Below, piece after piece: positions 1-11,199 of a stretch of DNA of 60,759 nt. Below the pieces are notes generated by a model that was given only the letters and a program-made list of their open reading frames with translations, made no database searches and had not been told where the DNA came from. How positions within the stretch are numbered: the stretch's first letter is position 1; the number at the start of each line of letters is the position of its first letter. Made by a program: the position numbers and the translations under genes. Source of the stretch: an uncultured virus (IMG/VR IMGVR_UViG_3300024999_000047) (lineage: Duplodnaviria; Heunggongvirae; Uroviricota; Caudoviricetes); IMG/VR virus record IMGVR_UViG_3300024999_000047; one strand, given 5' to 3'.

Positions 1-410
1 TATCACATCTATTTATCACATCAAATCCCAACTGATAAAATAATAAATAAACCAATTCTTTTTCATTAGAGAAAGTATAACTAGTTTTTTCTATTCTATT
101 ATCTGCATGTATAATATCATCATTAATAAAAATTAAATAATCTTCTTTATTTTCTAATATTTCATTGAATAATTCTTTATCGTTCATAATATTTTACTCC
201 TTTTCTATTCTAATTATTTCAATAATTAGTTCTTCAAATTCTTCTCTTATGTCAGAATCCATTTGAATTCTCACAAAAATTTCACATAATATTTTTTTAA
301 TTTTCGTAATATCGTTTGCATTGGATAATTCTGTGGTTATTTTATTTATGTAGTTTATGTTGACACCTCCTTTCATAGAATATTTATAATATTATTTATG
401 TATTTTAAAT

Positions 411-1847
411 TTATGCACTTTTATTTTGTTGTTTTATGTATTTATCATAATCTTCTTTATACATCCATTTAAATCTTCCTGCTGAGTTCTTTTTACCTCT
501 ACAGCAGTTATTAATATTTCTATCTCCTATATTTAATTGTCTTCCTGCTTCTGCTGCACTTTCAAATTCCGCTATGTATTTCCCTGTAAGTGATAACTGA
601 ATTATAGGGATACTTCTTATTTTACTAACTTTTATACCATTATTTTTCATAATTTCTTTTCCATTATAATTACACCATTTTAATTTTGTACCTTGATTGA
701 GATATTTTATAACTGTATTTTTAGCTATTTTTATAATATTGCTTATTTCTTTTATATCTTTAATTCCATCCATCCATAATATACTAACTTTTTCAACCAA
801 ATTACTACAAGCATATTTTTCTATTTCATCCCACTCAATACTGTTTAAATCAAATAAATCAACTAATTTACTAGTTAAAATATTTTTCTTTATGTATTTT
901 AAATTACTTTTCAAACAATCAATTCTTATCACTTCAATATTATGTTCTTTTGCTAATTTATCCTTATAATCATCTATTGCTTTAGAATCTTCTGCTGTTT
1001 GACCATTTAACGGATTATCATTCCCATGCCCTAAACTACCATCCATTTCTAATATGTATTGTTTATTATTAACTTCAAAATAAAAATCATATCTCCTTGG
1101 TTTAATCCAATCAGGGTTATATTCATATTCAAAATCAATATTTAACTGTTCTAATAAATTAAATGCAAATTTATTAGGATAACTAATTCCGTCTCCACAT
1201 TTAGGGCATGAAAAATTATGTTTTATAATAGAACGTATATCAAAAGATTTTTTATATTCACATTTAGGACAAATAAAAATGATTTTTTGGGACATTCCAT
1301 GACTTACTTTATAACCTATTTCTGTATTATCTAATAATTTAGCAATATGTGGATGAGTAGTCCATAAATCATTATAACCAATTAATATTTTCTTTGATGG
1401 AACACAACAAACATTACAACCTACATTTTTATTTAAATCATATTCATTTATTTAATCTTCATTTCCGCATTTTAAACATTTATATTTATATCCTTTTTGT
1501 GTATATTTCCCCTGGGGCATCCTAATTTGCTCTATTATTTGTATTTGACTAAAATTATTAGTAAAATTTTCTCCAATTTTATATTTAAAATTACGATTAA
1601 TCATATTTAATAATTCACCTAAAGCACATTTTAAAAAATTATCTGTATATATTCGATGACTTTTATTATTGTAATATATATAGATAGAAGGATGTTGATT
1701 TTCTTTAATATAATCAATAATTTCAACTTCTCCTTCAATATCATCATAAATAAATTTAACTTTATATCCAATGCTATTTTCCCAATCTATACGTTGTTTA
1801 TTTCCATATTTATTTTTTGGCAATTCATCTAAAAACACTTTTCTCAA
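411..1847 (-). pseudogene. PD-(D/E)xK/Vsr-like homing endonuclease with zinc ribbons and NUMOD1-type C-terminus, interrupted by one in-frame TAA at 1452-1454
   Basis: ORFs 1452..1847 and 411..1295 are in the same frame. The 52 intervening codons read INEYDLNKNVGCNVCCVPSKKILIGYNDLWTTHPHIAKLL..., colinear with paralog 20862..22280. Nuclease motif YDFYF...LEMDG.LGH is present. Confidence 0.8.
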
Positions 1848-1856
1848 TTCTAATTA

Positions 1857-1904
1857 TCCTCCTCGTCAGGAGGCGTAGCTACACCATAAACTTGCAAGTT
1901 CTCC
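1857..1904 (-). promoter_or_regulatory. Conserved leader, copy 1, with RBS-sequestering hairpin upstream of homing endonuclease
   Basis: Minus strand reads GGAGAACTTGCAAGTTTAT..GTAGCTACGCCTCCTGACGAGGAGGA. CCTCCT pairs with AGGAGG. A TATAAT lies just upstream. Near-identical copy at 6714..6772. Confidence 0.75.
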
Positions 1905-1986
1905 TATTATATTTATAATTTAATCATGTGAATTTCAATATTAATCATTGTATTTAATATAGGGGAATTTCATCCCACTATTTTAG

Positions 1987-2421
1987 TTAAACAATATCAT
2001 CTTCCTCTTCTTCATCATTTTCTTTATCTTCATCTTCTACTATATACCATTTACTTTCTGCAATATCTTCTGGGGAAAAACTATAGTTTTTATGTTTATT
2101 TCCATATCGTAACATTGATGTATCTATACAATCACAACAAATAGTTTTATTATTAAAATACCATTCATTAAATGCATTCATAAAAGGAATATATTGATTT
2201 ACAATTTTAAATTTGCGTTCAAGCATCTCACTATGTATTGGAACAATATCTCCATACATTTTACCTTCTCGATCATCTTGTTCACTTATTTCATATCTTA
2301 ATATTCCATCTTCATCAGTATATACTAACCTATCAAATATATCTCCTAAATCTAATTCCACCATTTTAAATGCTCTATTTTCGTCATATGGCATATCTAA
2401 TATTTCTTTTAGTGTAAGCAT
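1987..2421 (-). CDS. hypothetical protein
   Basis: 144-aa ORF with SD (AGGAG) and acidic tail. Confidence 0.6.
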   Translation of the reverse strand: MLTLKEILDMPYDENRAFKMVELDLGDIFDRLVYTDEDGILRYEISEQDDREGKMYGDIVPIHSEMLERKFKIVNQYIPFMNAFNEWYFNNKTICCDCIDTSMLRYGNKHKNYSFSPEDIAESKWYIVEDEDKENDEEEEDDIV

Positions 2422-2725
2422 AAAATTTACTCCTTTATTATTTATTTTATTTTATTTGTCTGTTTCAACAATTTTAATTTACATATTTAATCATCCTCCT
2501 TTCTTTTAAAATTTGATATGTTTTAATCATATTTGTATTCATCTAATTTATATAATAAAAATAAATCGTATCCAATAAGTGGTATCATTTTATATCCATT
2601 AATATAGTCATTCAATGTAAAATGAATTAATGAATACGTTACTTTTGTTAACATACTACAAACAATTAAATTGTATAAAATATAGTTGATGTTCATTATT
2701 TGTTAATTATTTATTCTCCTTTATA

Positions 2726-3277
2726 TTATAATCCCTTAACAACATCATAAAACTCATCCCAATCCTTAACTCTGAAATCAACATCTACACCAACAATCAA
2801 TTCCTTATTATATTCTCTATCCATAACAATTCTAATCCCATTGAATTCCCTCAAATAAGCAGGACAATCATCAAACAACACACTATTCTCACCATCAATT
2901 CTACTTAACAATTCACTTTTATTTCCTACTAAGATTAAATTTCTAATATCAAAGAATGGCAAATATTGTTTACACCATAAATATTTCTCAAATACAGAAT
3001 GTTCATTCATTGGTGAAGAAATAATAAATACCATATGACCATCTAATATTAATTTCTCTATTGTTTCTATTGAGTTTTTGATTGGTTTTAACGACATGAA
3101 GAATCCTGGTTTATGGAATATTTTCATACCATCTTCATTTAAATAATTAGATAATGAGTATGTTTTAATATCATTTGGTTTAAGATTTTTATTATATTGT
3201 TCGTTGTATTTAAAACATAGTTGATCTAGGAATGCACAAATTACTTCATCAAGATCAAGATAGATTGTTTTACTCAT
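2726..3277 (-). CDS. 5'(3')-deoxyribonucleotidase, NT5C/HAD family
   Basis: IYLDLDEV HAD motif I, EKYLW, LFDD motif. Confidence 0.85.
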   Translation of the reverse strand: MSKTIYLDLDEVICAFLDQLCFKYNEQYNKNLKPNDIKTYSLSNYLNEDGMKIFHKPGFFMSLKPIKNSIETIEKLILDGHMVFIISSPMNEHSVFEKYLWCKQYLPFFDIRNLILVGNKSELLSRIDGENSVLFDDCPAYLREFNGIRIVMDREYNKELIVGVDVDFRVKDWDEFYDVVKGL

Positions 3278-3849
3278 AAATTTTCTCCTTTAATCACATC
3301 AATAATCTTACTAATACACTTATTAAAATCATAATTTTCTATCACATAATCTACTTCTCTATTAATAACATCATCCGTAAATTTTTTCTTGTCATCTAAA
3401 TATCTTCTATTCCATTCTGTTTCATCAAAATCATTTCTATCAATACATCTACTTCTTCTTGTTTGTTCATCTACATCAATAAAAAATGATGTAATATATT
3501 CTTTATAATGTTTTTTAAATTCCATTAATCCAGATATATCTAATACAACAACATAATTATTTTTTGATAAATCAATACTATTTTTATGCACCCCATAATA
3601 CCAAATATCAGAAACATTATTTACCAATGTATTATATGTACGACATTCAATAAATTCATTATTATTAATCATTTTTTCAAATTTTTCTCTAGTAATAAAA
3701 TGATATGGATTACATTCTGATTCGTTTGGTCGTATTGGTCTGGATGTATGTGAGATTATCATATTATAGTTGTGGTTGTCTGATATGTATTTTGATATTC
3801 TATCTTTACCTGATGAAGAAAATCCACAGATGACTATTAGTTTGTTTAT
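3274..3849 (-). CDS. gmk: guanylate kinase-like nucleotide kinase (ATA start)
   Basis: In-frame upstream extension INKLIVICGFSSSGKD supplies the P-loop. ISHTSRPIRPNE..YHF and YYG motifs present. AGGAGG lies 10 nt before ATA at 3849. Confidence 0.85.
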   Translation of the reverse strand: MNKLIVICGFSSSGKDRISKYISDNHNYNMIISHTSRPIRPNESECNPYHFITREKFEKMINNNEFIECRTYNTLVNNVSDIWYYGVHKNSIDLSKNNYVVVLDISGLMEFKKHYKEYITSFFIDVDEQTRRSRCIDRNDFDETEWNRRYLDDKKKFTDDVINREVDYVIENYDFNKCISKIIDVIKGENL

Positions 3850-3886
3850 GTAAATCAGTCCTCCTTTCTAATATTATATTTATCAT

Positions 3887-4531
3887 CTATTCATCTTTCT
3901 TAGGATATAATCCACAAGAATGTTGCTCTTCACAATAGCCTTTTATCTCGCATTTTATTTTTGCATAACTAATAATCTTTTCCCATTCACTGTCTAAAAT
4001 TTTTATTACATTTATAAATTCTTTCATAAACATTCTAAATTCCCAATATGCACGATTACATAATCTAACTTCTGCCATATGTAAAATTGCCCTTGCGTTA
4101 ATTTTAAGTACCATTTTTGATTCCATCCCTAAAGGAAGAATATTAGCAATATCTTCTTTTGGAATTTTTAAATCTTCTAATTGTTTATATGCATTTTGAA
4201 TAGTTGTCATAGCATCATAATAAACAATAAGTGCTTTATTATTTTTAGCAATAGATTCAGGAACAATGTAATCAAATTCACCATATTTAATATAACGTGT
4301 AGATGATTGTAAACGAGTAGTACCGACAATATGTGTATAAATTTCTCTTATAACTCTTGCAGAATAATTATCAATTAAAACCGTAACTTCTGGATATTCA
4401 AGAACACGATGATGCCCTGATTCAATACAATCAATTCCTATTTGTGGAGATGGTTTACTTCCCCAACATTCTGAAGCACAAATTCCCATTAAAGTTAATG
4501 GAGTTTTTGTATAGTCTAATACTTTAATCAT
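3887..4531 (-). CDS. thyX: FAD-dependent thymidylate synthase
   Basis: GHHRVLE, QSSTRY, EDIANILPLG, RLCNRAYWEFR motifs. Confidence 0.9.
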   Translation of the reverse strand: MIKVLDYTKTPLTLMGICASECWGSKPSPQIGIDCIESGHHRVLEYPEVTVLIDNYSARVIREIYTHIVGTTRLQSSTRYIKYGEFDYIVPESIAKNNKALIVYYDAMTTIQNAYKQLEDLKIPKEDIANILPLGMESKMVLKINARAILHMAEVRLCNRAYWEFRMFMKEFINVIKILDSEWEKIISYAKIKCEIKGYCEEQHSCGLYPKKDE

Positions 4532-4611
4532 ATATAATATTCATTCTCCTTTTTATATTTAATTATATTTATATTTTTATACTACTTAACTTACATCCTA
4601 CATCTTAAATC

Positions 4612-5187
4612 CTAAAACTCAATCTCATCAACACTCTCAAAATAAAAATCTCTCCAATTATCTTTCGGTAATCCACAGAATATCATTAAATTCAATGGAT
4701 ATTCACCTGAATCAGTGCATCTTCTAAAATCATCTCTAAACAAATATATCTTCTTATTTAAAGCAATTGCAATACCTAACTCAATCATTACACCTTCATC
4801 AGGAGGATTGCCATTTACAATAGCAAATATAATATCACAATTTTCAACATCTGATTTATCTTTCTGTCCTATTTCATATGCCCAATTTTTGCTGTTGTCA
4901 GAAAAATCTATTTGGTTATTTCTTCTAAAAGGCTCATATACTTCATACCCCAATGATTCAATTTTGGATATAATCTCAGGTAGTAATTTCTCATTTTGTT
5001 GTTTAGAAAATCCATATGGGTTTGCTAAATATACGATTTCTTTTAATTTTTTATATTCACAATTAATACAATTTGATGGATTTATGTAATTTTCATAATA
5101 ATCACAATAGTAATCTACAATCCCAAGATCCATTCCTCTTTCACTTTCATTAGTTGATAAATGCTTGCATATGTTTGAATTTGACAT
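4612..5187 (-). CDS. nucleoside 2-deoxyribosyltransferase family protein with Cys-rich N-terminal extension
   Basis: VYLANPYGF, YEPF, D..G..PDEGVMIELGIAIAL, NLM motifs. Confidence 0.85.
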   Translation of the reverse strand: MSNSNICKHLSTNESERGMDLGIVDYYCDYYENYINPSNCINCEYKKLKEIVYLANPYGFSKQQNEKLLPEIISKIESLGYEVYEPFRRNNQIDFSDNSKNWAYEIGQKDKSDVENCDIIFAIVNGNPPDEGVMIELGIAIALNKKIYLFRDDFRRCTDSGEYPLNLMIFCGLPKDNWRDFYFESVDEIEF

Positions 5188-5492
5188 TTATTTATTATTA
5201 CTCCTTTCTTATTTTATTTATTATATTAAAATTACATTTACAACATTTCTATCTCTGTTTCATAAACAACACATGAATAATTATTATTTTCTATATGATA
5301 ATATCCATGTTTATAATCTTTTAAAATTTCAACTATATTACCTATTTTCATTATCCCACCATTATCTAATTCAATATCTATTAATAGTTTTGCTTTCTTA
5401 GGTATATAATTTGAAATAAATAATGACTTGATAAATTTTAATAATTTTATAAATTCCACCTCCTTTCATATTTAATTTATTATATGTATTTA

Positions 5493-6707
5493 TTAGAAAC
5501 TTTTATTTTGTTGTTCTATGTATTCATCATAATACATCCACTTTAAAGGTTCTCCTGTTTCTAAGTGTTTACCTGCTGATTTATATTTTCCTTTACAACA
5601 TCGAGAAATAGAACTATTATATATATTATATTTATTCTCTGCTTCTATCAAAGAATTAAATATTTCTCCAGTTGTTAAACATATTACTTTTATACATCGT
5701 TTTTTTTGCATTATAGTATTACTTTTTTTAATTTCTTCTTCTGAATTATAATTGCATAATCCTAATTTTGATCCTTGTTTTATATATGTTTTAACTGTAT
5801 TACGACATACATTTAATTTTTTGGAAATCTCAATTATAGTAGTTTTACCTTCATTCCATAAATCACAAGCAATTTTAATTAATCCTTTACAAGCAGACTC
5901 ATGGCATTTTAACCAATCAATATCATTTTCTTTAAAATTTAATAATGTTGGTAATTCACTATTCATAATATTATTTTTAATCCATTTTAAAGTAGAGTAT
6001 CTGCAATCTAAAACTATATAATTGTTTATATTATTTTCTTTTGCCAGTTGTTCTTTTATTTTATCTCTTTTTTGCGTTTCTTTTAAATTTACCCAATTAC
6101 CTTTTCCTTTATTTTGTTTATAATGCTGTAAACCATGTGTTTCAATTATTATATTAAATAACTGTATATAAAAATCATAATAATAATCATTACACCATTC
6201 AAATGTTGTTTTTGATAATTGTGTTGAAAATTTAATATTTAATTGTTCTAAGAAATTAATGAAAAATCTTTCTGGATAATAATTTTTTTTACATTTTGGA
6301 CAACCAAATCCTTGTTTCACTAAATTAGATACCATAGTTAATTTTTCAAATTTACAATCAGGACATTTCATAGGGATATTAGCATGTGACCCTTTTGAAT
6401 ATTTTTCTGAATCTTCTTTGTTAGTGAAATATTTTATTAAATATGGATGAGTAGTAGCAATCATATTACATTGATTACAATTTAAATTATTTTGTTTTCC
6501 ACTTGTAAAACTACTAATATTCTTTAACTCACTCTTATGTATTCCTTTTGGACATTTGAAATAATATTTTTTACTACTACTTCCAAATGAAATTTCACTT
6601 GGTTTACAATCATTTAATTCATAATCCCATCTATCTAATACATCCTGTCTATTGTTATCAATACACCATTGTTCAAATGATTTACTATTTTTATTTTTAT
6701 TTCTCAA
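5493..6707 (-). CDS. PD-(D/E)xK/Vsr-like homing endonuclease (zinc ribbons, NUMOD1-type C-terminus)
   Basis: WDYELN..P, CPKC, YDFYI..IIETHGLQHY, KVICLTTGEIF..ISRCCKGK..SAG. Confidence 0.8.
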   Translation of the reverse strand: MRNKNKNSKSFEQWCIDNNRQDVLDRWDYELNDCKPSEISFGSSSKKYYFKCPKGIHKSELKNISSFTSGKQNNLNCNQCNMIATTHPYLIKYFTNKEDSEKYSKGSHANIPMKCPDCKFEKLTMVSNLVKQGFGCPKCKKNYYPERFFINFLEQLNIKFSTQLSKTTFEWCNDYYYDFYIQLFNIIIETHGLQHYKQNKGKGNWVNLKETQKRDKIKEQLAKENNINNYIVLDCRYSTLKWIKNNIMNSELPTLLNFKENDIDWLKCHESACKGLIKIACDLWNEGKTTIIEISKKLNVCRNTVKTYIKQGSKLGLCNYNSEEEIKKSNTIMQKKRCIKVICLTTGEIFNSLIEAENKYNIYNSSISRCCKGKYKSAGKHLETGEPLKWMYYDEYIEQQNKSF

Positions 6708-6713
6708 CCTATT

Positions 6714-6772
6714 TCCTCCTCGTCAGGAGGCGTAGCTACGCATATATATATGTATAAACTTGCAAGTTCTCC
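6714..6772 (-). promoter_or_regulatory. Conserved leader, copy 2, with RBS-sequestering hairpin
   Basis: 26-nt and 19-nt blocks identical to 1857..1904, separated here by a CATATATATATG insert. Confidence 0.75.
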
Positions 6773-6821
6773 ATTATATTATAATATATTATTTTTCTAT
6801 TTTATTTTTCTATTATTCTAT

Positions 6822-7226
6822 TTAATCCTCTAAAAAATCATGAAACGCATACTCCATACATTCAAACATATAATCACTTTTTGGAATATTATTTTCTTTA
6901 ATATAATTCAAAACCATACTATGTCCATTTTTCATAAAATCTTCGTATAATTCTTCTCCTTGTGCCATTAACCAACTAGCAAAATCCATATAAAATCCAT
7001 CATCTCCACTAGTAATAATTCCACCATTGTCACGATGAAGTTTTTCAAATTCATCATTATTAGTCATTTTAAAAGATAAGTCTGACCAATCATCTCTTAA
7101 TTTACTTACTTCTTTTTGTGGTAATTTTGATAAGATACTATGTAAATTTTTATATTGTTTTTTACTTTCAGTATATTTATTTCCTTCTTTAGAATCTTTA
7201 ATTATTTGCCATAGTGTTTTATTCAT
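6822..7226 (-). CDS. DUF4240-like protein
   Basis: LWQII N-terminus and SGDDGFYMDFASWLMAQGEELY motif. Confidence 0.65.
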   Translation of the reverse strand: MNKTLWQIIKDSKEGNKYTESKKQYKNLHSILSKLPQKEVSKLRDDWSDLSFKMTNNDEFEKLHRDNGGIITSGDDGFYMDFASWLMAQGEELYEDFMKNGHSMVLNYIKENNIPKSDYMFECMEYAFHDFLED

Positions 7227-7267
7227 ATTAATTCTCCTTTTAATTTTAATTATTGTACTAATATTTT

Positions 7268-7310
7268 AATAAATATGGTTTGCTAAAATATATAACAAAC
7301 CATATTTATT
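7268..7310 (-). terminator. probable intrinsic terminator
   Basis: 15-bp inverted repeat AATAAATATGGTTTG / CAAACCATATTTATT just after gene 7326..8408. Confidence 0.55.
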
Positions 7311-7325
7311 TTATTATTCTATAAA

Positions 7326-8408
7326 CTACTCAACATTACATTTTAAATGTATTTCCTTTATAAATTCTTTGGCTGTATTCTTAAATTTTAATCCAAAAAT
7401 ATCTGTTAAATAATTATCTATATGTTCATCATTTGCTGTTTTTAGCCATTTAGCTAATAAAAATAAATATTTTTCTATTGATAAATCATTATACATTGCT
7501 TTATTTTCATATTCATTCATTGTATTTTCAACATTATAATCTTTAACAACTAATTTACCATCTTCATCAACTGGTATAAACATTGTCATCTTTTTAAATA
7601 CAGATAATTCTTCTAAATATTTTTCTGCTAATTCTTTACTAACAAATGGTACTATGTATTGTACTTTTGTGACAATATTAATTCCAAGAATTTCATTTGT
7701 ATTATCTGTATGATCTTCGCCATTAGCAATTAACACTTTTATTATTGCAACTGCATAGTTAAATTCCTTTCCTATGTCATAAGATTTTAATTCTTTTTGA
7801 AAATTTTCTATACCTTTCTTATCTAGTTTACAATCTACCATTACATTAATTTTGTCTGATACGTTTTCATTTTCAATCGCTTTAAGTTTATCATTTATTC
7901 TTTTTTCATATTTTTGTTTTTCAATTTCTAATTTATTTATAGATGAATCGTGCTTAATTTTTTCACATTTATTTGATTTTTGCTCATGTATTTCTTTATA
8001 TGATTTAATAAATGAATTGCAAATATCTTCTTTTATATTTTGTAATAATCTAGTCAATTTAATAAATGCATCATTAAGACTTTTGAATTGTTGATATCCT
8101 TCTTTATGCACTTCTATAATTTCATGAAGTTTTTTAATTTCATATTCAAGTTTATTTATAAAGTTACGAATAAATTCATTGTCAGTAGCAATTAAATGAT
8201 TGTTTATAAATTTATAATTATTAAATGTGTCAATAAGACAACTTGCCATACTTCTATATGGTTTAAAATCTAATTCTTTATTATCTGTCCAAGGCAATTC
8301 ATCAGTTCTAAGTTTTTCTAACTTGTTAAAAATGTGTTCAATATCTTTCTTAATTGTTTCTTTAATGTCCATATATACATTCTCCTTTTGCGTTTGGTAG
8401 CAACCCAT
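7326..8408 (-). CDS. hypothetical protein, coiled-coil rich
   Basis: 360-aa ORF; start probably the SD-preceded ATG of MDIKET. Confidence 0.65.
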   Translation of the reverse strand: MGCYQTQKENVYMDIKETIKKDIEHIFNKLEKLRTDELPWTDNKELDFKPYRSMASCLIDTFNNYKFINNHLIATDNEFIRNFINKLEYEIKKLHEIIEVHKEGYQQFKSLNDAFIKLTRLLQNIKEDICNSFIKSYKEIHEQKSNKCEKIKHDSSINKLEIEKQKYEKRINDKLKAIENENVSDKINVMVDCKLDKKGIENFQKELKSYDIGKEFNYAVAIIKVLIANGEDHTDNTNEILGINIVTKVQYIVPFVSKELAEKYLEELSVFKKMTMFIPVDEDGKLVVKDYNVENTMNEYENKAMYNDLSIEKYLFLLAKWLKTANDEHIDNYLTDIFGLKFKNTAKEFIKEIHLKCNVE

Positions 8409-8463
8409 ATTTTTATTTATATTATCTCTAACGAATAGAGTTAATATCTTGTTTATTAATATT

Positions 8464-8492
8464 ATTATATAATTATATTTCTAATCTGTCAA
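8464..8492 (-). promoter_or_regulatory. sigma-A-type promoter
   Basis: TTGACA-17 nt-TATAAT. Confidence 0.75.
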
Positions 8493-8566
8493 GTTTTTAT
8501 TTATCTTCTTTTATCTTTTTCCAATCATAATAATATGATTTATTTTAATTTCCCCTTACAATTATT

Positions 8567-8595
8567 ATTTTACCATTTTGTCTATGTGTTGTCAA
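8567..8595 (-). promoter_or_regulatory. sigma-A-type promoter, extended -10
   Basis: TTGACA-17 nt-(TGG)TAAAAT. Confidence 0.65.
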
Positions 8596-8840
8596 CAATT
8601 ATTTTTATAATTTGTTATATAATTTTAATAAATTAATATACATTTATTGCATCAAATCCAAAATAACGAAATAAAAATACTATCATTTCTTTACCATAAA
8701 TAGAAAAATTATAAGTAGTTTTATCTATTCTATCTTCAGCAAATATAGTATCTTCATACACCCAAATAAAATAATCATTTTTATTTAATAATATTTTATC
8801 TAGTAATTCTTTGTTATTCAAAGTTATCCTCCTTTCTAAA

Positions 8841-8905
8841 ATCATAACAAAAGATGTAATTCATGCAAACTTACGATCCTGTAAACCCTTATATTACAAT
8901 GGTTT
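8841..8905. repeat. dif/cer-like core site plus 23-bp accessory palindrome
   Basis: ATCATAACAAA agatgtaa TTCATGCAAAC, then AAACCCTTatattacAATGGTTT at 8883. Confidence 0.6.
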
Positions 8906-10357
8906 CGTCAATCGTCAATTTTGGTAAATTTGATATTTTCATGATTTTTGATTAATTTTTCTAAATTTATAAAATTCGTAAACATTTCATTGTATTGTTT
9001 ATGATTTTTACTTTGAAATTCATTATTATTCATATTAATAGGATTCATTTCACAATTCCATGCGTGATTGTTAATATCTTGTAAACAAAATTGACATATT
9101 AGATTATCATTCATTATTTATTATATTTCTCCTTTCTTTTATTATTTATTTTTACTTGTTATCTTTAATTATAATATAATTCCCACAATAACAAAATGTC
9201 ACAGGCTTACCATCATCCACTCTAATAATTACAGGATTAACAATTAATCTTCTACATTTCGGACAATATAATTTACCATTTGCACAAACACCATAATAAT
9301 TTTTTGAATCATTATTCATAATTATAATCTCCTTTTTATGTAATTTAAATTAAATTCAAGAGTCGAAAAAATTATTCCAACAAATTATACAATCATCTTG
9401 ACAATAAAATTTATTCATATCGCAACAATTCCCATTCTTAATTAATTTACTAATAATATTTTGTCTTTCTTTAATCCTTCCTTCTTCCATTTTAATTTCT
9501 ATGTATTTAGTTAGACAATCTTTTTGTTTCATTAGTATTTCATCTCTTGGCATAATTATTTTCCTCCTCCTTTCTATTTAATTTAATAATATCTAATATC
9601 AACATAACACTAATCCATACAATATTTATTAACATTAGAATTATGGTGTATAATTTCATCATTGCAATTCTTACAAATAAATGATGTAAATGCTTGAAGT
9701 GATATTTTATTACTCATATAATAGCAATATTTGCATTGTTGTAATTTGATTCTTGTTGTTTGTTTTGTGTCATTATCATAGTTATATAAATTTTTTCTTA
9801 TTGAATTTACTAATGATTTATTTCTATATGCGTAGTGTTTTGAATCGAATGGCATATTATATTTTCCTTCTCCTTTCTTGTTTATTCTTTAGATTTATTT
9901 TTAATTAAGTATTCAATAGTTTCAAATAAATCTTTAACTAAATAATAATAATCTTCTCTGAGAGATATAAGATAATATCTTAAGCACATTTTTTGGTATT
10001 CACATTTATTATTTTCTTCTGGATGTTCACATTCATAACAATACTCAGTAAAATAAGGGTGTGTTTCATTTATATCTTCTTCAAATATAAATTTTTTAAG
10101 TTTATTAAATTCAGTTAAATCAATTATCATATATTATTTATTCTCCTTTCTTAATCAGTTTGACAAATATGATCCTCTAATAAAACAGTAATCTCTTCTA
10201 ACCATTTACTACATTTTTCTAATTGTTGATTTCTATAATTAGTATCACGATTAGTTGCCATTCTTTTATAAGAATCTGCAATTAAACTAATATTCCTATT
10301 GAAAATTGTTTCTTGTGATTCAGATAGAATACTATTCATATGTTTACTTCTTTCTAA

Positions 10358-10422
10358 ATTAACATAAATGTTTGATTATATACTGTTTTTATGTATTACA
10401 AACCATTATAAATTAAGGATTT
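10358..10422. repeat. dif/cer-like core site plus 23-bp accessory palindrome
   Basis: ATTAACATAAA tgtttgat TATATACTGTT (left arm resembles the XerD arm ATTTAACATAA), then AAACCATTataaattAAGGATTT at 10400. Confidence 0.55.
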
Positions 10423-10646
10423 GTAATTTGATATTTTCTAAATTTACTTAGTTTCATCAAATCTATCTTGCCAACGATAAATAGTATAATTTTCACATCT
10501 TTTATTATTAATTCTAAATGGACAGCAACGCATCGTACAATTTTCACAAGTATCCATATAATTTTTCAGCTCCTTTTTGTTAAATTAAATATTTTATTTA
10601 TGTGTATTATATTTATTATATTACTAATCTATTATAATTGCAAGAA

Positions 10647-11150
10647 TTATTTTCTATTTTTCAAATAATCTTCTCTAAATATTTCATAATGTTTAACATC
10701 ATAATAAATCCCATCGTGAAGTCTTGTAGATTTGCTACTTATACCTATAATTTTACCACCATATTTATCTATGTATTTGTCATACATTTTTTCAATAGGA
10801 TTACCTATTACAACATTAAATTCTATTTTTCTAAAATTATATTTCTCAAATAATTCTTTTAAGAATTGATATAAATCTCTTGAGAATGTTAAATTTTTAT
10901 CATAGAAATTCACAATACCTAAAGATGATACTTTTTCTGATGTTCTTATTATACTTGCTCTGAAAAATCCAATTACATTATCTTGATTATCAACACTAAC
11001 TAATTCAATATCATTCCAAGAATCTTCACTTAGTTTTAAATTGCAATCCCAATAATTACTATAATTATAGAATTTAAATTTATTTTGGAATACTATATTT
11101 TGAAATGTTGATTGTAATTTGTCTTTGTATGTAAATGCTAATTTTAATAT
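10647..11150 (-). CDS. GNAT (RimJ/RimL-like) acetyltransferase, probable ATA start
   Basis: LFEKYNFRKIEFNVVIGNP..YGG....HDGIYYDVKHYEI. SD AGGAG lies 9 nt before ATA at 11150. Confidence 0.7.
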   Translation of the reverse strand: MLKLAFTYKDKLQSTFQNIVFQNKFKFYNYSNYWDCNLKLSEDSWNDIELVSVDNQDNVIGFFRASIIRTSEKVSSLGIVNFYDKNLTFSRDLYQFLKELFEKYNFRKIEFNVVIGNPIEKMYDKYIDKYGGKIIGISSKSTRLHDGIYYDVKHYEIFREDYLKNRK

Positions 11151-11199
11151 AGATGATTTCTCCTTTCTGTGTGAAGTATATTTATTTATATTATTTATT

